Shown here: positions 47,548 through 61,599 of the stretch, piece after piece | Numbering within the stretch: position 1 is the stretch's first letter | Layout: every line of letters starts with the position of its first letter | Source: Schmidtea polychroa | Lineage: Eukaryota | Direction: 5' to 3' | DNA length: 64,000 nucleotides | Assembly (NCBI GenBank): GCA_044892525.1 | Contig: CM097888.1 | Coordinates: forward strand, 58,342,001-58,406,000 | Program-made: the position numbers and the translations under genes | Notes under the pieces: generated by a model | Database searches by the model: none | Told to the model about the DNA's origin: nothing | Seen by the model: the letters and a program-made list of their open reading frames with translations, nothing else

Positions 47548-48029
47548 TTAATATTATTATTTATTATGAAAATTTAACTTATTTAAAATAATAATAAAGA
47601 ATTTTATTAAATTATTTATTTTTAATTTTATCAATCGACCAAATTTCTCAAAATATATTACATTAAATTAATTTCTCATTCGACACCTGTTTTTAAATTC
47701 ATTCTTATTTTTAAATTATGTAACATTACTTTTCTTTTTAAAAATTGTATTACTCTTAATTTACTTTTTTTAATTAATATAACTGTAATTTAGTTATTCA
47801 AGTCTGAGTACTCTTTTAGCTTATAGAAAATATTGAGACCACTATTCACTGTACAAAAATGAGTGAGACCACATTTCCTAATATAAAATGTATGAGCCTC
47901 AAATATCCACTTGCTATATTGTGTTGAGGTCTCTAGAAAAATTTGGGGTTCTCACTGGTACCTATATAAATGGTACCAAGGCGACTGATGTAGTAAAACA
48001 ATTTAATGCTTTTGTCAAGAAGTGCAATG

Positions 48030-48160
48030 AATAAAAAACATAAGGCGCTTCAAAACCTTGAGAGAAAGAAGCACTACTGTGCCATATAAAACGAATTCTT
48101 TGTGTATTATTCCTTTGGGACCATAGAAACAAATAGGCATTATCTTGATTCTTAATTTCA
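48030..48160 (-). pseudogene. Mariner transposase fragment
   Basis: IKIMPICFYGPKGIIHKEFV..LKVLKRL resembles the mariner MLICFFDxKGIVHKEFV motif. Confidence 0.7.
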
Positions 48161-48378
48161 AAAATTTGTATATGCTATTCAAAAGCTTGTGTTTGGATAA
48201 GTAATTATTCCCATAAACATTTCGAGACATATTATGCGTTTCTGTGGTATTGTAACCTTTTTTTCACAAAACTAAATGCTTAAACTTTGTTATTTATGTT
48301 TTATTAGCTCTGTTTACGGAGTTTTACTTAACAATATAGAAAACATAAATAAATAAAAAACATACCAAGACAATACAA

Positions 48379-49738
48379 CAGTGGCGTACCTAGGGTAAAT
48401 GGCGCCTATGGCAAACACCGATCTTGCACCCTTCTCCGACGATAGGTTACTTACGTTTTATTTTCTAAAATAATGCTTTAGAATTAGGTAAAAAAACCAA
48501 ATTCTTTAATTATATTATCAAAGTATATTTCTTTGGTCATTTCTCGTTCTATGCTAAGTAAAACAAGATCACATAATCGACTTTGGTCCATCGAGGCTCT
48601 CAAATATGAAAGTATCAATTTTAATTTGCTAAATGATCTTTCGCAACTGGCAATAGAAACCGTGATTGTCAAAAATATTTGCAATGCTATACTGAACTAT
48701 AAAATTAAGTAATTTTTCGGGGCTTGATATTCTTTCGGTACGGCTTGTTAGCAGCGTTCTAAAATCCAAAATTTCTTCATATAATTCTTGCCCATCCACA
48801 TCACAACTGTAGGCTTCTCCAATTTTTTTTCCAAAATTTCTTTCAAGTAGCTTGTTTCGGCTTTAAAACACAACCCTTCCATATCAAGAAGAAATCCAAA
48901 TTTTTCATCAATTTCTTGTAAACGAACGCTTCTACTTTTTAATTCATTGAATAGACAGACAGTCGATAGTCCCTTTCATAACTCTTTCCATTTCTTCTTT
49001 AGCTGATAAACCAGCATCTCTCGATGCTTCGCCATCCATTCTTTTCTTTCTTCTGTGTAGTCTTTCAAATTCAATGTTCCATTCAAGAAGTAAATCATTT
49101 ACAAATTTCATTTCAATACCCTCATAGTAAAGAAATTAACATTTTTATTAATGTTCCCTTTCAGTTGAATAGAGTTTAATTTAAAACCAATTTTAACTAC
49201 TTAAAAAAATATATTTACCTTAATATCTCTTAGATTTATAAAAAAACACTGGCCATTTTAACACTGAACAAATTTGTCGTTTAAAACGTAATTTAGATAT
49301 TATTCAGGATCTATTCGATCGAAAAACTATCAACTATATATAAACGAAAATCAAATGCGAATGAATATTGAATTGAGCAACAGACTGCAAAGAGACCGAT
49401 TCCCGTTAATCATACCTACGTTAGAATACCGATGCACGTGCTACGCGACGGGGATTCCCGTATTCCGAACAGAACACAACACATGCTACTATTCTGCATT
49501 TCTTTTTTTAAATACAAATTCACACTTGTAGAGAGAAACAGACCTAGAGAACATGGACAAACAAACGATTAACGAAAACGTGCTTTTCCTACGCAGTTTT
49601 TTAATACACATATTTATATCTATTAAAATATTTCTTTTATTTTCATTTGCGTATTTTTACTTAAGGCGCTTTTTCTCACCCCCTCCAGTTGGCACCCATG
49701 GCATGTGTCATGCCTGCCATACCCTAGTTACGCCTCTG
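48379..49738 (-). mobile_element. Non-autonomous hAT element (deletion derivative)
   Basis: TIR CAGTGGCGTACCTAGGGT / ACCCTAGTTACGCCTCTG; perfect 8-bp TSD CAATACAA; hAT dimerisation-domain remnant SIASCERSFSKLKLI (48484-48684). Confidence 0.93.
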
Positions 49739-50604
49739 CAATACAACATTTTATCACTTAGCAAATTGAAATATTTGTAAAAAAATCATAAAACTTTACA
49801 AAATATAGATATTAGGATAATTTATTATTAGAAATGGAATAGAATCAAATAATATTTAATTATATAGTCTCTGTTTGTGGTCGACAGCGACGCCGGGAAT
49901 TTCTACTCTTTTCCCATCTGACTGTCTCACTGACATAGCTTGTCAATTCTCCAATTCTTGACATGAATAATATGGAGCTGTCATTATTACATGGATCAGG
50001 ATAGAGAAAGCTCTGATTATCTAATTGATAAATTTATTTTTAAAATTGCACCTTTAGAAATTCAATAAATTCTTTATTAAATTTAAATATTCTTAAAAAT
50101 AATTTTTTTTAAAACATGTCCAGATCAAAATAGGACATTTTGTTGGGTTTTAATCAAAATTTGTCATTTTCAAAACAATTGGTGCAACTTTGTACCTCAC
50201 TCCTTGTGTGCTAGCTTTACAATTTAGAAAGCCCAACAATTTAGAAATTTATTATCAATTACTCAATATACAAGATCAGATTAATTACAATTACAATCGC
50301 GTGGTAAATTTATCGAGATATATAATATTTGATGCTTGCTGTTAAGCCTATATTGCATAAAATATAGAAATAAATAATTAATTTTAATAATAATAATCTG
50401 AAAAATATATTTATTGGATTCCAGATCTTTGTATAAAGTGTATCCGGTATTTGCTAATTTAGGAATGGAAATGCATTTCATTGGATACGACTCTCCTGAT
50501 TTCGAGTTGTTTGAATATTCAATTGCGATGGTGCAGTCTCCATTATCCTAGCGTAATTGCTGATTTGAAATGAACGTATCCATTGACTGCATGTCATGTG
50601 ATCT

Positions 50605-51647
50605 TGTTGGTTATTGAGTTGGTGATAAAATTTAATGTTGCTCTGACTCCAAGCGTGTCTTTATATAATTCACAAATAACACTTGACAACAGAAATCTTT
50701 ATTGATAATCACAAATAAACTTTCACTTGATACTGACAATAAATTCAACACTCTACTTGGTGACTATACAATGCTTATTACAACACTCGGTGAGGAATAG
50801 CACTTGTGTATAACACCGGAATAAGAGATCACAAATTACTGATTGGTTTCTAAACTGGGATTTTGAGCTGGTTGTTTTCTTTGACTTTCTTTCAAACTTT
50901 ATTCAAATAATCAATAACTTCTTTTCGTTTTATTATTCAACTAATTCTTTTCTTCAACTCTTCTCCAATAATTATTTTCCACAATTACTTCCTTTACAAT
51001 TATTTTGACAATCGTTTGTCCAACAACGTTTCGTCCAACGTCTACTTTTCTCCAATAATTTTATTTCTCAAATCATCAATCAAATCGTATCTCAAATCGT
51101 ATTCCAAATCCTCTCTCAAATCGTCTCTCAAATCGTCTCTAATTTTCCTTCTAAATTTGTCGTCTCTTTTTGTTCTCCCTTTTGTTTCTAATTTCATGTG
51201 CACCAGTTTTCCCTTATATAGTTCGCTTCTCTTGTGGCACTCCAGATAATCGTCTTTTTTCATTTTCCTTCTCCTGCTTCCCCGGACTGTCCCATTTTTA
51301 TCTCTGACAGCTGTCAAGTTGTTTTTCCCTTTTTCCTTTCTTGTTCGACCGCCTTCTCCCATCAATCCTATTATCACCGGCAAGCTGTCGAGATAAGGAT
51401 ATTGTTGTTTTCCTTTTTCCCTGATTTCAAAATTCCTTTTCCTTTTTGTACTAATTAATTAGTACTGACCTTGATTTTTATTTTCCTGTTTGATAACTTT
51501 TATTTCCTTTCTCTTTCTCATTTTTGATTTCTTTTCACTTCCGTTTTCTTTTCTGAGTCTCTATAGATCGTCCCGTTTGTCATGGCGATCTTCCCCCAGG
51601 TAATTTTATTTATTTCTTTATGAATTATTATTTAGGTATCCTCAACA
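50605..51647 (-). mobile_element. Solo LTR, 1043 bp
   Basis: TGTTG...CAACA termini with 4-bp TSD ATCT (50601-50604 and 51648-51651); strongly A-rich on the minus strand. Confidence 0.85.
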
Positions 51648-51829
51648 ATCTGATGACGAGAAGGAGTACCAGCAGCAGCTTTACGAGATTTATCAATTAT
51701 CACCAAATTTTTCCAATTAAAGTTTAGAGCACATTTTTATTGATTAAAAGATGGAGATGTTTGAAAGAACGTGTATATTAAATGACTTTTTGACTTTAAA
51801 AAAAAAATTAATTTCCTGTGTCATAAATC

Positions 51830-54074
51830 GATGAACTTTTATTAGAAAACAATGAAAACATGTTCAAGTCCTCTCGGTTGTAAAAAAAGGTCACCCCGCA
51901 ATTTAAATTACGTTTCGTCATTTATTTAATCTTGTTACTGCTACTACTAATACGTGTGACTTTCCTGCAAATCATTTAAAAATTATATAGATTAGAAGTG
52001 TTTAGAACTTTAGAACATTTTGTAAAATAACAGAATATTTTTTGAAGACTTTAGAACATTCTAGAACAATTTATAGCTCAATATATAGCTCAATATATAG
52101 CTCAATATATAGAATCAATATGTAGCTGCACATCTAATTTTATAGTTATTACAGAAGCAACACATGGCGCCGTACAAGCCTAGCAATAGTAGCATTCAGA
52201 AGAACAAGGATGTCTGGACCAATAATCTGGTAAAATTTGAAGACTCCAATAAAAGAAGAAGAATCGTCCCTTTGGAAGAATATTCACTGGAAGAAAAGTG
52301 CAGAATGCCTCTCCCAAAGCAAATTATCGGACGCTACTATTTCCTTGGACCAAAAATCAAAGGAAGAAAGGAGCGAATAGCGGAAATTTTCAAAGAAGTC
52401 ACCAACTTGTGGAAGAATAAACTAAATTTTCCTCATGTATCTGATAAAGTTATACGAGCAAAGCTTGATAAAATACTGAAATGTTATGATGAATGTGTCA
52501 AGCGAGGAACCTACTAACTCCTTGATGAAATTTTTGATATTACTACAGTGGATGGAACATGTTTATCTTCCGAGGACAAGCGATTGTATCATATCCAAGT
52601 GGAAAGTAAAGGAACACTGGGATACTCTACAGGCCAAGCGGCCAGTAAAGAAACGATCCATCCCTCTAAAAGACAAAAACTTTCTAATGAGTCATCCAAC
52701 TCATCATCTTACTATCCTGGTTTTAGTGATTCTGACTCTGAGGCTGACGACAGTGAATATGAAAACAATGAAGAAGAAGATGAGACAACTCCTACACCAA
52801 GCATAAAACATCATAAAAGCAAAATTGCAGTCAACATGGTGACCTCCTCAAGAGTATCAACAAACAAAGCTGCTAACATATGCAAGCAATTGGCTCGTGA
52901 AGGCATTGACATCCCAACCCCATGTCAATCAGCTATTTACAAGTCAACAATCAAAGAGGCAATCAAGCTGAAGGAAGAAATTATTGAAAATTTGCATATG
53001 AAAGTTGGTCCTTACACTTTGATGGCAAGTACATCGACAGAATGGATTATCAAGTGGTCGTCCTTAAAAAGGAAAGAAGAGAAATCAAATTGAATGTCTT
53101 TGGCTTGGTAGATGGCAGTCCTCACGAATTTAACCTATGGAATTTAATACAGATGACTGTTGCAGATACCACCAGCGTTAACACTGGAAAAAAGAATAGT
53201 GTTGTTGTAATATTGCAACGAATGTTCACAGAGAAACGCATCAACAAACCTAAGTTTATCAGTTGTCAACAGAATCCTCCGTTTGGTGATGGATGAAGAA
53301 CTTGGAAGTAAAACACAATCGCCAAACATCGAATATCAATTTATATCTCAACTGTTGAAGGAGTACGAACAACTGAAAACTCAGTTTGATAACGGAACAG
53401 AAGTAATTCTCGAAACATCAGACTGGAGAGATGATATGAAATTTTTGTTTCATCTCACTCGAGTGTTCAGATTTTTTGAGGAAAAGGGGCATTTTCCATT
53501 GATCAAGTTTCAGAAAATACCCAACATAAGCAATGCGAGGTGGAACTCCAGAGCTATACTAGCGATCCTGGCCTTCATTTTAATTCCTTCAACAAGGACA
53601 GTTCTGCAGAGAGTATGTCTATTTATATCGTATGGCTGGGCAGACCATTGGTTTACAGACCAACTGTACAACGAAAACAACTTTAATAACTTGGCTGAAA
53701 TACTGAATCCATACAAAAAGGCTTTAAGCTCTTTGAAAAATCACTGGAAGCGAGAGCCATCCATACTACAGATACCCAGAAGTAATCAATGCGCAGAGCG
53801 CGCAATCAAAGTAATGGAGGAAATTTATTCATCATGCAAAAATAAAGACAAATTGCACCTTCGATTCCTTCTGTGCAACAAGCAAGAGCAAGATCAACGG
53901 TCTGAGTCATTGTTGGATTGAAAATTTATTGTATTACATGACTATGACATTCTAAATACATTTGAATACATAGTAGTACTTATGTCAAAATCGATTTTTC
54001 AATGGCGGGGTGAACCTTTTTGAAAAGATATGCAAATAATAGTTCATTTCGTGCTTTTTAGGTAAAAGTTCATC
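51830..54074 (+). mobile_element. hATm-like transposon (approximate limits) with a frameshifted transposase at 52164-53921
   Basis: EVTNLW..NFPHVS..KLDKIL, SLHFDGK (off-frame), ADTTSVNTG, WRDDM, NARW, NQCAERAIK. Inverted subterminal motifs at 51830-51841/54063-54074 and 51884-51899/54005-54021. True termini not found. Confidence 0.7.
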
Positions 54075-55329
54075 AAACTACAGTACATGAGCATGGGGTT
54101 GATAAAAATTCATAATCCTAGTATATATACGAATATTGAAACAATACCTTTTAATTTAATTAAATTAATAATTCATTTGCAATTTAATTATTAATATATA
54201 TTGTAATTTATAAAATATAATTAGATATAAATAGAAATTAATAATTACTAAAAATATAAATAAGAATTTAAAATTTAATATAAATAGGTTAAAAGAAATT
54301 AGTTGAAGGGACAAGGACAAGCTAGATAAAATACTTATTTCAGTTTTTTTAATATTAAGACAAAGGGTATTAGGTAATAATTAATATCGAATTCATTTTC
54401 GACAAGTTGTTCAATATTCAGGTGAAACTATATTATATAAATAGAGTGATATTTGTCGCTGACATCAGATACAGAGACAGTAAATTAATCGCTTTAGAGC
54501 TTCACCAGGTATTAACAATAAAGTTTATTTACCGATTATTATAAATCTCAAGTTAAATAAATTATTTCGTTCACATGTATCAACCATACTAGTTGATTTA
54601 TCTGTTTGGAATTAAAATTAGAAAGGGTTATATTAGGAAAAGGTTAGCACAACCTGGTACTAACTATAGCGTACATTTCAGGAAATCCAACAACTCCTGT
54701 ATCCCATTACCATAGATCAGTGCTGTGATAGTCAAGTAGACCCAGCGTTTGACACTTATTTCCGAGGACGGTTTGAATAATCGATTTCTATCTTAGAGAA
54801 AGAAGTGGCATTTTTTGGGAACATTTATAAGTACATTTTGCAAACTTGTTGTATAGACAAAACAATTTTTGTTTTATTCAATTAAACCATATTAAATTAT
54901 TTATATATTACAAATTTATCTTTTGGAGTCAGACAAAATCTGTGTTAGAATCTAAATCAAGTCCACTAGATCGATCCTCATTAAAAACCCCATAAGTAGA
55001 ACAGCAAATTAAAATGGATTACTCTTAATTATTCAGAGAAATTTTTGTAGAATGAGTTGCTTCTGTTATATTACGCTTCAATATTCACAATTCACTCGAT
55101 ACCTTAACTTTTCTTTATATAGTTCGACATTATTAGTGTTTTCAATTTCATTCGTGGCAACAATATAGCTTATCAGGAAATAATTGCTGTCCCGATATTC
55201 TTCGATGTCAGAAATAATGTCAATTTAAATAACCATCCATTTATCAGATTGAATTCAGTAATTTTTTAAAAATATCAATTATATAAATTTCATATTTAAA
55301 TGATTTCCAATATTCACTTTCGAGATGTA

Positions 55330-55490
55330 TAGCTTTTCAGAAATTTTTGTGTTGTTTGACATCGATAAAATTCCATTAATGTCTTAATTTTGTTGTCATC
55401 AACCTAGCTGGGTTTCCTGAGCGTTCAGAATTATTCACATCAAAATCTCCGAACCGAAATTTCCTGAACCAATTCTGTTTAATTAAATCG
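55330..55490 (-). pseudogene. Mariner transposase N-terminal HTH fragment
   Basis: WFRKFRFGDFDVNNSERSGNP..DDNKIKTL..TTQK resembles mariner WFxKFRSGDFxLxDxxRSGRP. Confidence 0.7.
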
Positions 55491-55581
55491 ACTTTCAAAA
55501 CCGATCTCCGCTAGATCAATTTAGAGTTTTAAAATGTGTGTGTGACCTACATTGATCCAAGGGAGACCTGTTTTTAATGTG

Positions 55582-55953
55582 GATTTGACCTACATAATTT
55601 TTTATATGTCCTACATAGTCTTTGATTTGGCCTACATAGTCTTTGATTTGGCCTACATAATTTTTGATTTGACCTACATAATTTTTGATTTGACCTACGT
55701 AATTTTTATTATGACCTACATAATTTTTTATATGTCCTACATAGTCTTTGATTTGGCCTACATAGTCTTTGATTTGGCCTACATAATTTTTGATTTGACC
55801 TACATAATTTTTGATTTGACCTACGTAATTTTTATTATGACCTACATAATTTTTGATTTGACCTACGTAATTTTTATTATGACCTACATAATTTTTGATT
55901 TGACCTACGTAATTTTTATTATGACCTACATAATTTTTGATTTGACCTACATA
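55582..55953. repeat. 21-bp minisatellite, about 18 units
   Basis: Unit GACCTACATAATTTTTGATTT with variants; a 6-unit (126-bp) block is duplicated. Confidence 0.95.
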
Positions 55954-56286
55954 AAAATACTGGTTTTTAGGGAAAAAGTTCTCATTTGAGGGAAGTTGAA
56001 CCAATCTATTTACTTTTTTGCATACCTATTTAAAAAATATAACTTTTTATATGAACTTTTAGCATTAATAAATACGCTTTTGCCAGAATTTATCCTTTCT
56101 GTTAAGGTCTTACTGTACTCTTAATTTTTTAAATCAATCAACATCTCAAACCAGACCAAACTTTCCATATCCGTTCTATATATTCATCATCACAATTTGA
56201 ACATTTTATATTAATATTTCAAGCAGGTTTTTGATAGAACCGCAAAATGTATTATAATTGTTACAAAATAATCAAATTATGCTTAC

Positions 56287-56766
56287 TTGATATGAAAAGA
56301 GATTGAGAATGATTAAGTCTACTGAATAAACATGGTTGAGGGGTTTTCGATGCTGTTTCCATGGTATTCGGTTGAAACCTTTTAGAATCGACATCGTTAA
56401 TATTCGACGAGAAAGGAACCGGTTTTTGACTAGAGTTACCCACCTTCGTGACGATAGTTTGAGATCGAACTGGGGACAATGTCAGCAAATCGAAAGAAGT
56501 AGTACTCGAACGTTCTTTTATTGGTAGTAAAAATGATGAAGTCGATCGCCTTGGAATTACTTTGTCGATTGATACAGCCAATTTCTTGGAGGGACTTTTA
56601 TTGGGTATTGTTTCAATTTGAGAGGAGAACGGGGGATTTTTAACAATTATTGGAGGAATCTTGATAATAGTATCAACTGTCTTAGACTTGTTAGAATCAG
56701 GATAAAAATCTGAAATCTGAGCAGTTTCTTGCACCACTTCTGATTTCAAAACGACATTTGGTCTCT
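56287..56766 (-). CDS. Probable internal exon of an unidentified host gene (Ser/Thr/Pro-rich)
   Basis: 480-nt open frame between a pyrimidine-rich ..aataag acceptor and a GTAAGC donor; phase 1-1. Confidence 0.55.
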
Positions 56767-57387
56767 CTTATTTGTAAAATAAAATAATAAAGAAAAAATT
56801 ATTAATAATTTTGAATTATAAATTAATATTCGAGTTTTAGAGTAATTTAACGAAGGTGATATTAAATATAACCTTGAGCTATAACTAGGTTGATACCTAG
56901 GTAATCAAATATAATTAAATAAAGGAGCCATTAATTTTTTTAAGGAGAAAGTATAATTTTGGAAATGAATAGATTATTACAAGGGATCAAGACCATAAAT
57001 ATATGGGAGTAAATATATCTATAGTTAGCAAAAGTAACGGTTCCTCTGTTTGAGATATTTCCACAAATTCAAAACATTTCTCAAATAAGGACGATTCAAC
57101 AGATGAAGCGAAAATGACTCAGAAGATACCATATGAGAAATAATAATTAATTATAAATCATACTTTATAGTAATATTTCCCAAGTGATGCCTTTTCGTCT
57201 GATCTTGTACTTAATTATAATTTGAATATAACTATTAAATCATGCCTACTCTTTGGATAATTCTTTTGTATTTTCAGAAAGATTTTTTTATCTATAGTTT
57301 TTACATCCTACCGGCTGATGATGAGGAAATTGTCGAAATATATGGTGAAACTTAATTTTGGGTGGCGCTTTTTAATATGTAATATAA

Positions 57388-57390
<3 letters not shown>

Positions 57391-57439
<49 letters not shown>
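57391..57439. repeat. (TA)n microsatellite
   Basis: About 24 TA units. Confidence 0.95.
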
Positions 57440-57442
<3 letters not shown>

Positions 57443-59081
57443 TTAATTTTGAGAAGAGAAATGAAAAATTATTTATTACGAATAATATTGACTTTTCTTT
57501 CAGCAACATAAATACAAATAAACATAACGCTACAATATTATTCTTTTGTTTATCTCATATTTTTCATTGCGTTTAATGTCGACGTCATATTATGATGTTT
57601 TTCCGAAAGAAAAGATAATAATCTAATTTTAATTACCATCAAAACATTTGTCAAATGAAATTTTTATAATTTTTTCTACTTGGAATTTTGTTTTTATTAA
57701 TCATAAAATAGTTTCCATATATAAAAGGAAATGTGTTATTTCTTGTGTTGGTAATAAGAACTTTCAAGTTTCAAATCCACATTGATATTAAGTTTAACAG
57801 AAAACATTTGAAAAGGCAGTGTCAATAATTTGTAATAAATAGGACACAATTTGATCTATAATCGAAATGAAAATAAATGAAATTTTTAAAGAAAAATAAT
57901 TAATTGTAAAAAGTTCTTTAGTAAATCAAGAACACATTTCTCAAAGTCTTAAATTTAATAAAAACGTTTTAATAAAAATTTTTACAGTAAATTAATTGCC
58001 ATCAATGAATGACACCGATAATCATTATGAGAATGTGATATCATATCAAATTTTTAATATATCAATTAATTTTAATTCGCACGAAAAATGATACAAAGTC
58101 AATTTGAATATGCCGATGAAATTTTATAATTATTTTTTGAAAAACTTAAATTTTAAATATTTTACGTAAATAAAAAAGATTAAAACGTTAATTACCAACC
58201 TAGTATGATATATGATTACCTCTGAGGCCAAAGTAAATTTACTGATTAATTTAATTAAATAGTCTTAGTATAAGTCACTCAATTATTTTCTCTCTCATTT
58301 CCATGATACATGTATTGTCAACACATTTTAAAGGATAGTATACACTTAAATAATGTTTGTGTATGACGTTTACACTCAGACCTGACTCTAGGCAACATCA
58401 TATTAGGTACAGTCTAGTCATACCATCAAAGAGGGGGCACCGCGCGTTTACGTTTACACCTAAATCCAAAAGTTAAAAGTTTCTATAATCTAAACAAAAA
58501 TCGATAAAATTATAATATAGGAACACACAAACTTACCTGTGTGCAAAAATTTAATGTTCCGAAAGTTAAAAGTTTTATTATAGGAATTGAGAAAGTGACA
58601 GAAAAATAATTTTACATACAAACACAGCACACATAATATAAAATACACGCAAATTTATTATAGCTTTTTTATTCCGAAAGTAGAAAGTAATTAACATATT
58701 ATTAACATATTCATTATTTTTAATATATTAAAATTCATGGCAGAAAAAAATTTCGAAAATCGTAAATTATAATAACTTGTATAAAAAAAATAATAATTTC
58801 ATAGAATTACATAAAATGACAAAATTCGCCATATAAATGAGCTGGAGAAAGAAGATTACAAAAACTTTAAAAAATACTCCGCTTCTTTCTTAAATGTCTT
58901 AAAAAAGTAATGTATAACAAGAGCGGGTTATTGCATTGAATTCTTTAACATAATAAGTCCATGATACATATCTTGCTTCATTATATTGTGTATGAATATT
59001 GACAAAATATATTAAACTATTTTATTTGTATTAAAATATAAATTATAAAGATGTCAAAAGTACATGTTCAATAGGTGTAAA

Positions 59082-60731
59082 TATAGTTCCTCTACCGGTA
59101 AAAACCTTTACCGTTTACCGGTAAATTGCGCATTTTTACATTACCGTTTACCGGTAAAAATATTTACTAAATTACCGGTAATACGGTTATTGTGCAAAAT
59201 AAAAAAATATAATATTTATCCTATAACAATAAATATAAAAACCAGTATAACTGAATTACTTAAAGAACTACATGTGCATGTGATTTTGTGATTTTTTATT
59301 TAAAATAAATAATATTTCGTAATACATAGAAACAAATTTTTAGAAACAAAAAATCTCGTAAGTAATATAAGATTTATCTATAACGTTATTGATTTATTAT
59401 TAAAATAAAATTATATTGAAAAATTAATATTTTTTAATAAATAGAATATTGTTTAAATAGAATATGGGTTCTTCAAATGTTTGGGAGCATTTTGAAAAGC
59501 GAAAAGACAGTAAAAAAGAAGCTATATGCAGATTATGTAAAAAATCTATTAAATGTGATGGTGGTTCAACAAGTGGAATGATTTCGCACCTTAAACTTGT
59601 ACATAAAATTTTGATCAAAAAAGCAGCTGATAATGATGCAGGTCCTAGTACTTCTGCCTCTACATTTAAAAAGGATAAAATATTAATATCCAGTTATTTA
59701 CAACGTGAAACTTTAGAAGAAATTGTGTCTAGACTAATTGCTTTAGATGGTTTCTCTTATTATGGCGTGACAAATTCGTCTTTCATTCGGCAAAGTATAA
59801 ATAAACTAGGACACAAGCTTCCAAAAAATTCAACGGGCACGATGGAATTGGTAAAAGTTTATTAAGAAAAAATAAAAATACAACTTGTAGAACAATTACA
59901 GTCCAAAATTTCTATTGGGAAACGATTTTCGCTGTCTGTAGACGAATGGACAAGCATCAAAAATAGGAGATATTGCAATATTATTTTGTATGATGACAAA
60001 GAAAATTACAATCTTGGTTTAGCAAGAATAACTGGAAAATGTGATGCAAAAAATATTCAGGCAATAATAAGAAACCGATTAAATGAGTTCAACGTAGATT
60101 TTGATCATCATATTTTATGTTCAATCAACGATGTTCAATCAGATGAGTCAGCAGAATCAGATTCAGAAGATAATGTCGAGACCGACCTTTTAAATACTGA
60201 CTTGAAATCTCAATTTCAAAAAGCTATTTCTACAGCTATGGTTTCCATTTCCAGTAAACCAGTAGGATTATTATCATCAGTCCAAAAAGAGTTTTTATTT
60301 TTTGAAGTATCCGGGGAAAAAAGTCATAATCTCACACTTTTGTTCGAAGCTCTGCAAACCGCAAAACCAACATCTAAAGACAATGAAAGAACATTCTCCA
60401 TAGCGAGCCGAGTTTGCACTAAAATAAGAACTAGGTTATCGGATGAAAATTTGCACATTATCGTTTTCTTTAAATATTTTTTTTGAAACAAAATGTTAAC
60501 AAAAATAATGAATAATTTAAATTTTTGTATTTAGTTCTTTTCTTGAATGATTTCTTTTATATAATATGTATGAAATAAACATATTGCAATGTTTTTTTTC
60601 AATTAAACCATGATTTTGTTTTAATTTCTGGTAAAATGTTTATTACCGAAATTTACCGGTTTTACCGGTAATAGCATTGTTAATTTACCGTTTACCGGTA
60701 AAATAAAACATACGGTAATTGAGGAACTATA
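59082..60731 (+). mobile_element. hAT element with BED zinc finger, internally deleted
   Basis: TIR TATAGTTCCTC/GAGGAACTATA; 8-bp TSD GGTGTAAA; subterminal TTACCGGTAA repeats; BED finger VWEHF..CRLC..GGSTSGMISHLKLVH; SVDEWTS; C-terminal NERTFSIA. Confidence 0.92.
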
Positions 60732-61230
60732 GGTGTAAACCACAAATATCAACAAAATGCAATATTTTAGAAATAGTTCTAATGAAAAAGTGAATGAATG
60801 TTTATTGCGTTGCAAATACTTGAGCCAGAGTAGCGAGCACAGAGCGTAATTTTTCAAAACTAAAATTAATAAAAATGTAGTTGAGAACTAGCAAGAATTT
60901 TCAATTTAGCGAAGTTTGTTAACAGAAATTAATATTAGCCATTTAATAGAGACATTCACTCAGGTAAAAGCCTGATAAGTTATATTCTTGTATTATTTTA
61001 TATGCATCAATAAAACAAATATATTTCAAGTCTAAAGTTTAAAGGCAGAAGTTGAATCTGATCGTGTTGTAAAATCTTTTGGTTGTGTCCAAATTATAAC
61101 TTTGACAGATTGTAGCTCCCTGTATTAAATAGAGGATCATGAAATGTTAATTTTATAATTTATAAGAAATGAGGGATGTATAAAATATATGCGTTTTATT
61201 AATAATTTTCAAATTATAATAATTATTTAC

Positions 61231-61599
61231 TTTTATAAAGATTGCTAGATTTATTAGCTGATAATTCGTTGGTTAGTAATGTTGAATTGAATGAAGTTGC
61301 ATTGATAAGAAGATTTTGAGATTTAGAAGAATCAGATTCTGACGTAGGTGAGGCAACATGATCAAAAACTGGTGACCCAGTGTTTTGATTGGTTTTCGGT
61401 AAATTCGACCAATAATGATTAGAATTAGATAATCGGCAATTAGGATATAATGATGAATATTCTGTATTTGTTTTCTTTAACAAGGCGTTGAATCTGGAAT
61501 TGATAAGCGCTGTACTGAGTATATGTGATTTGGAATTGAGATTCGACAAATACGGAGGCAGATTTTCGGCAGCCGGTTTTGATCGGTTAATAGAATATC
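61231..61599 (-). CDS. Probable internal exon of an unidentified host gene (Ser/Asn-rich)
   Basis: 369-nt open frame between acceptor aagtacag and donor GTAAAT; phase 1-1, compatible with exon 56287-56766. Confidence 0.55.

Noticed and set aside
51016-51458. ORFs within the solo LTR and its relative at 5644-5907
   Set aside because: They arise from strand-biased low-complexity sequence and the frames are not conserved between the two copies.
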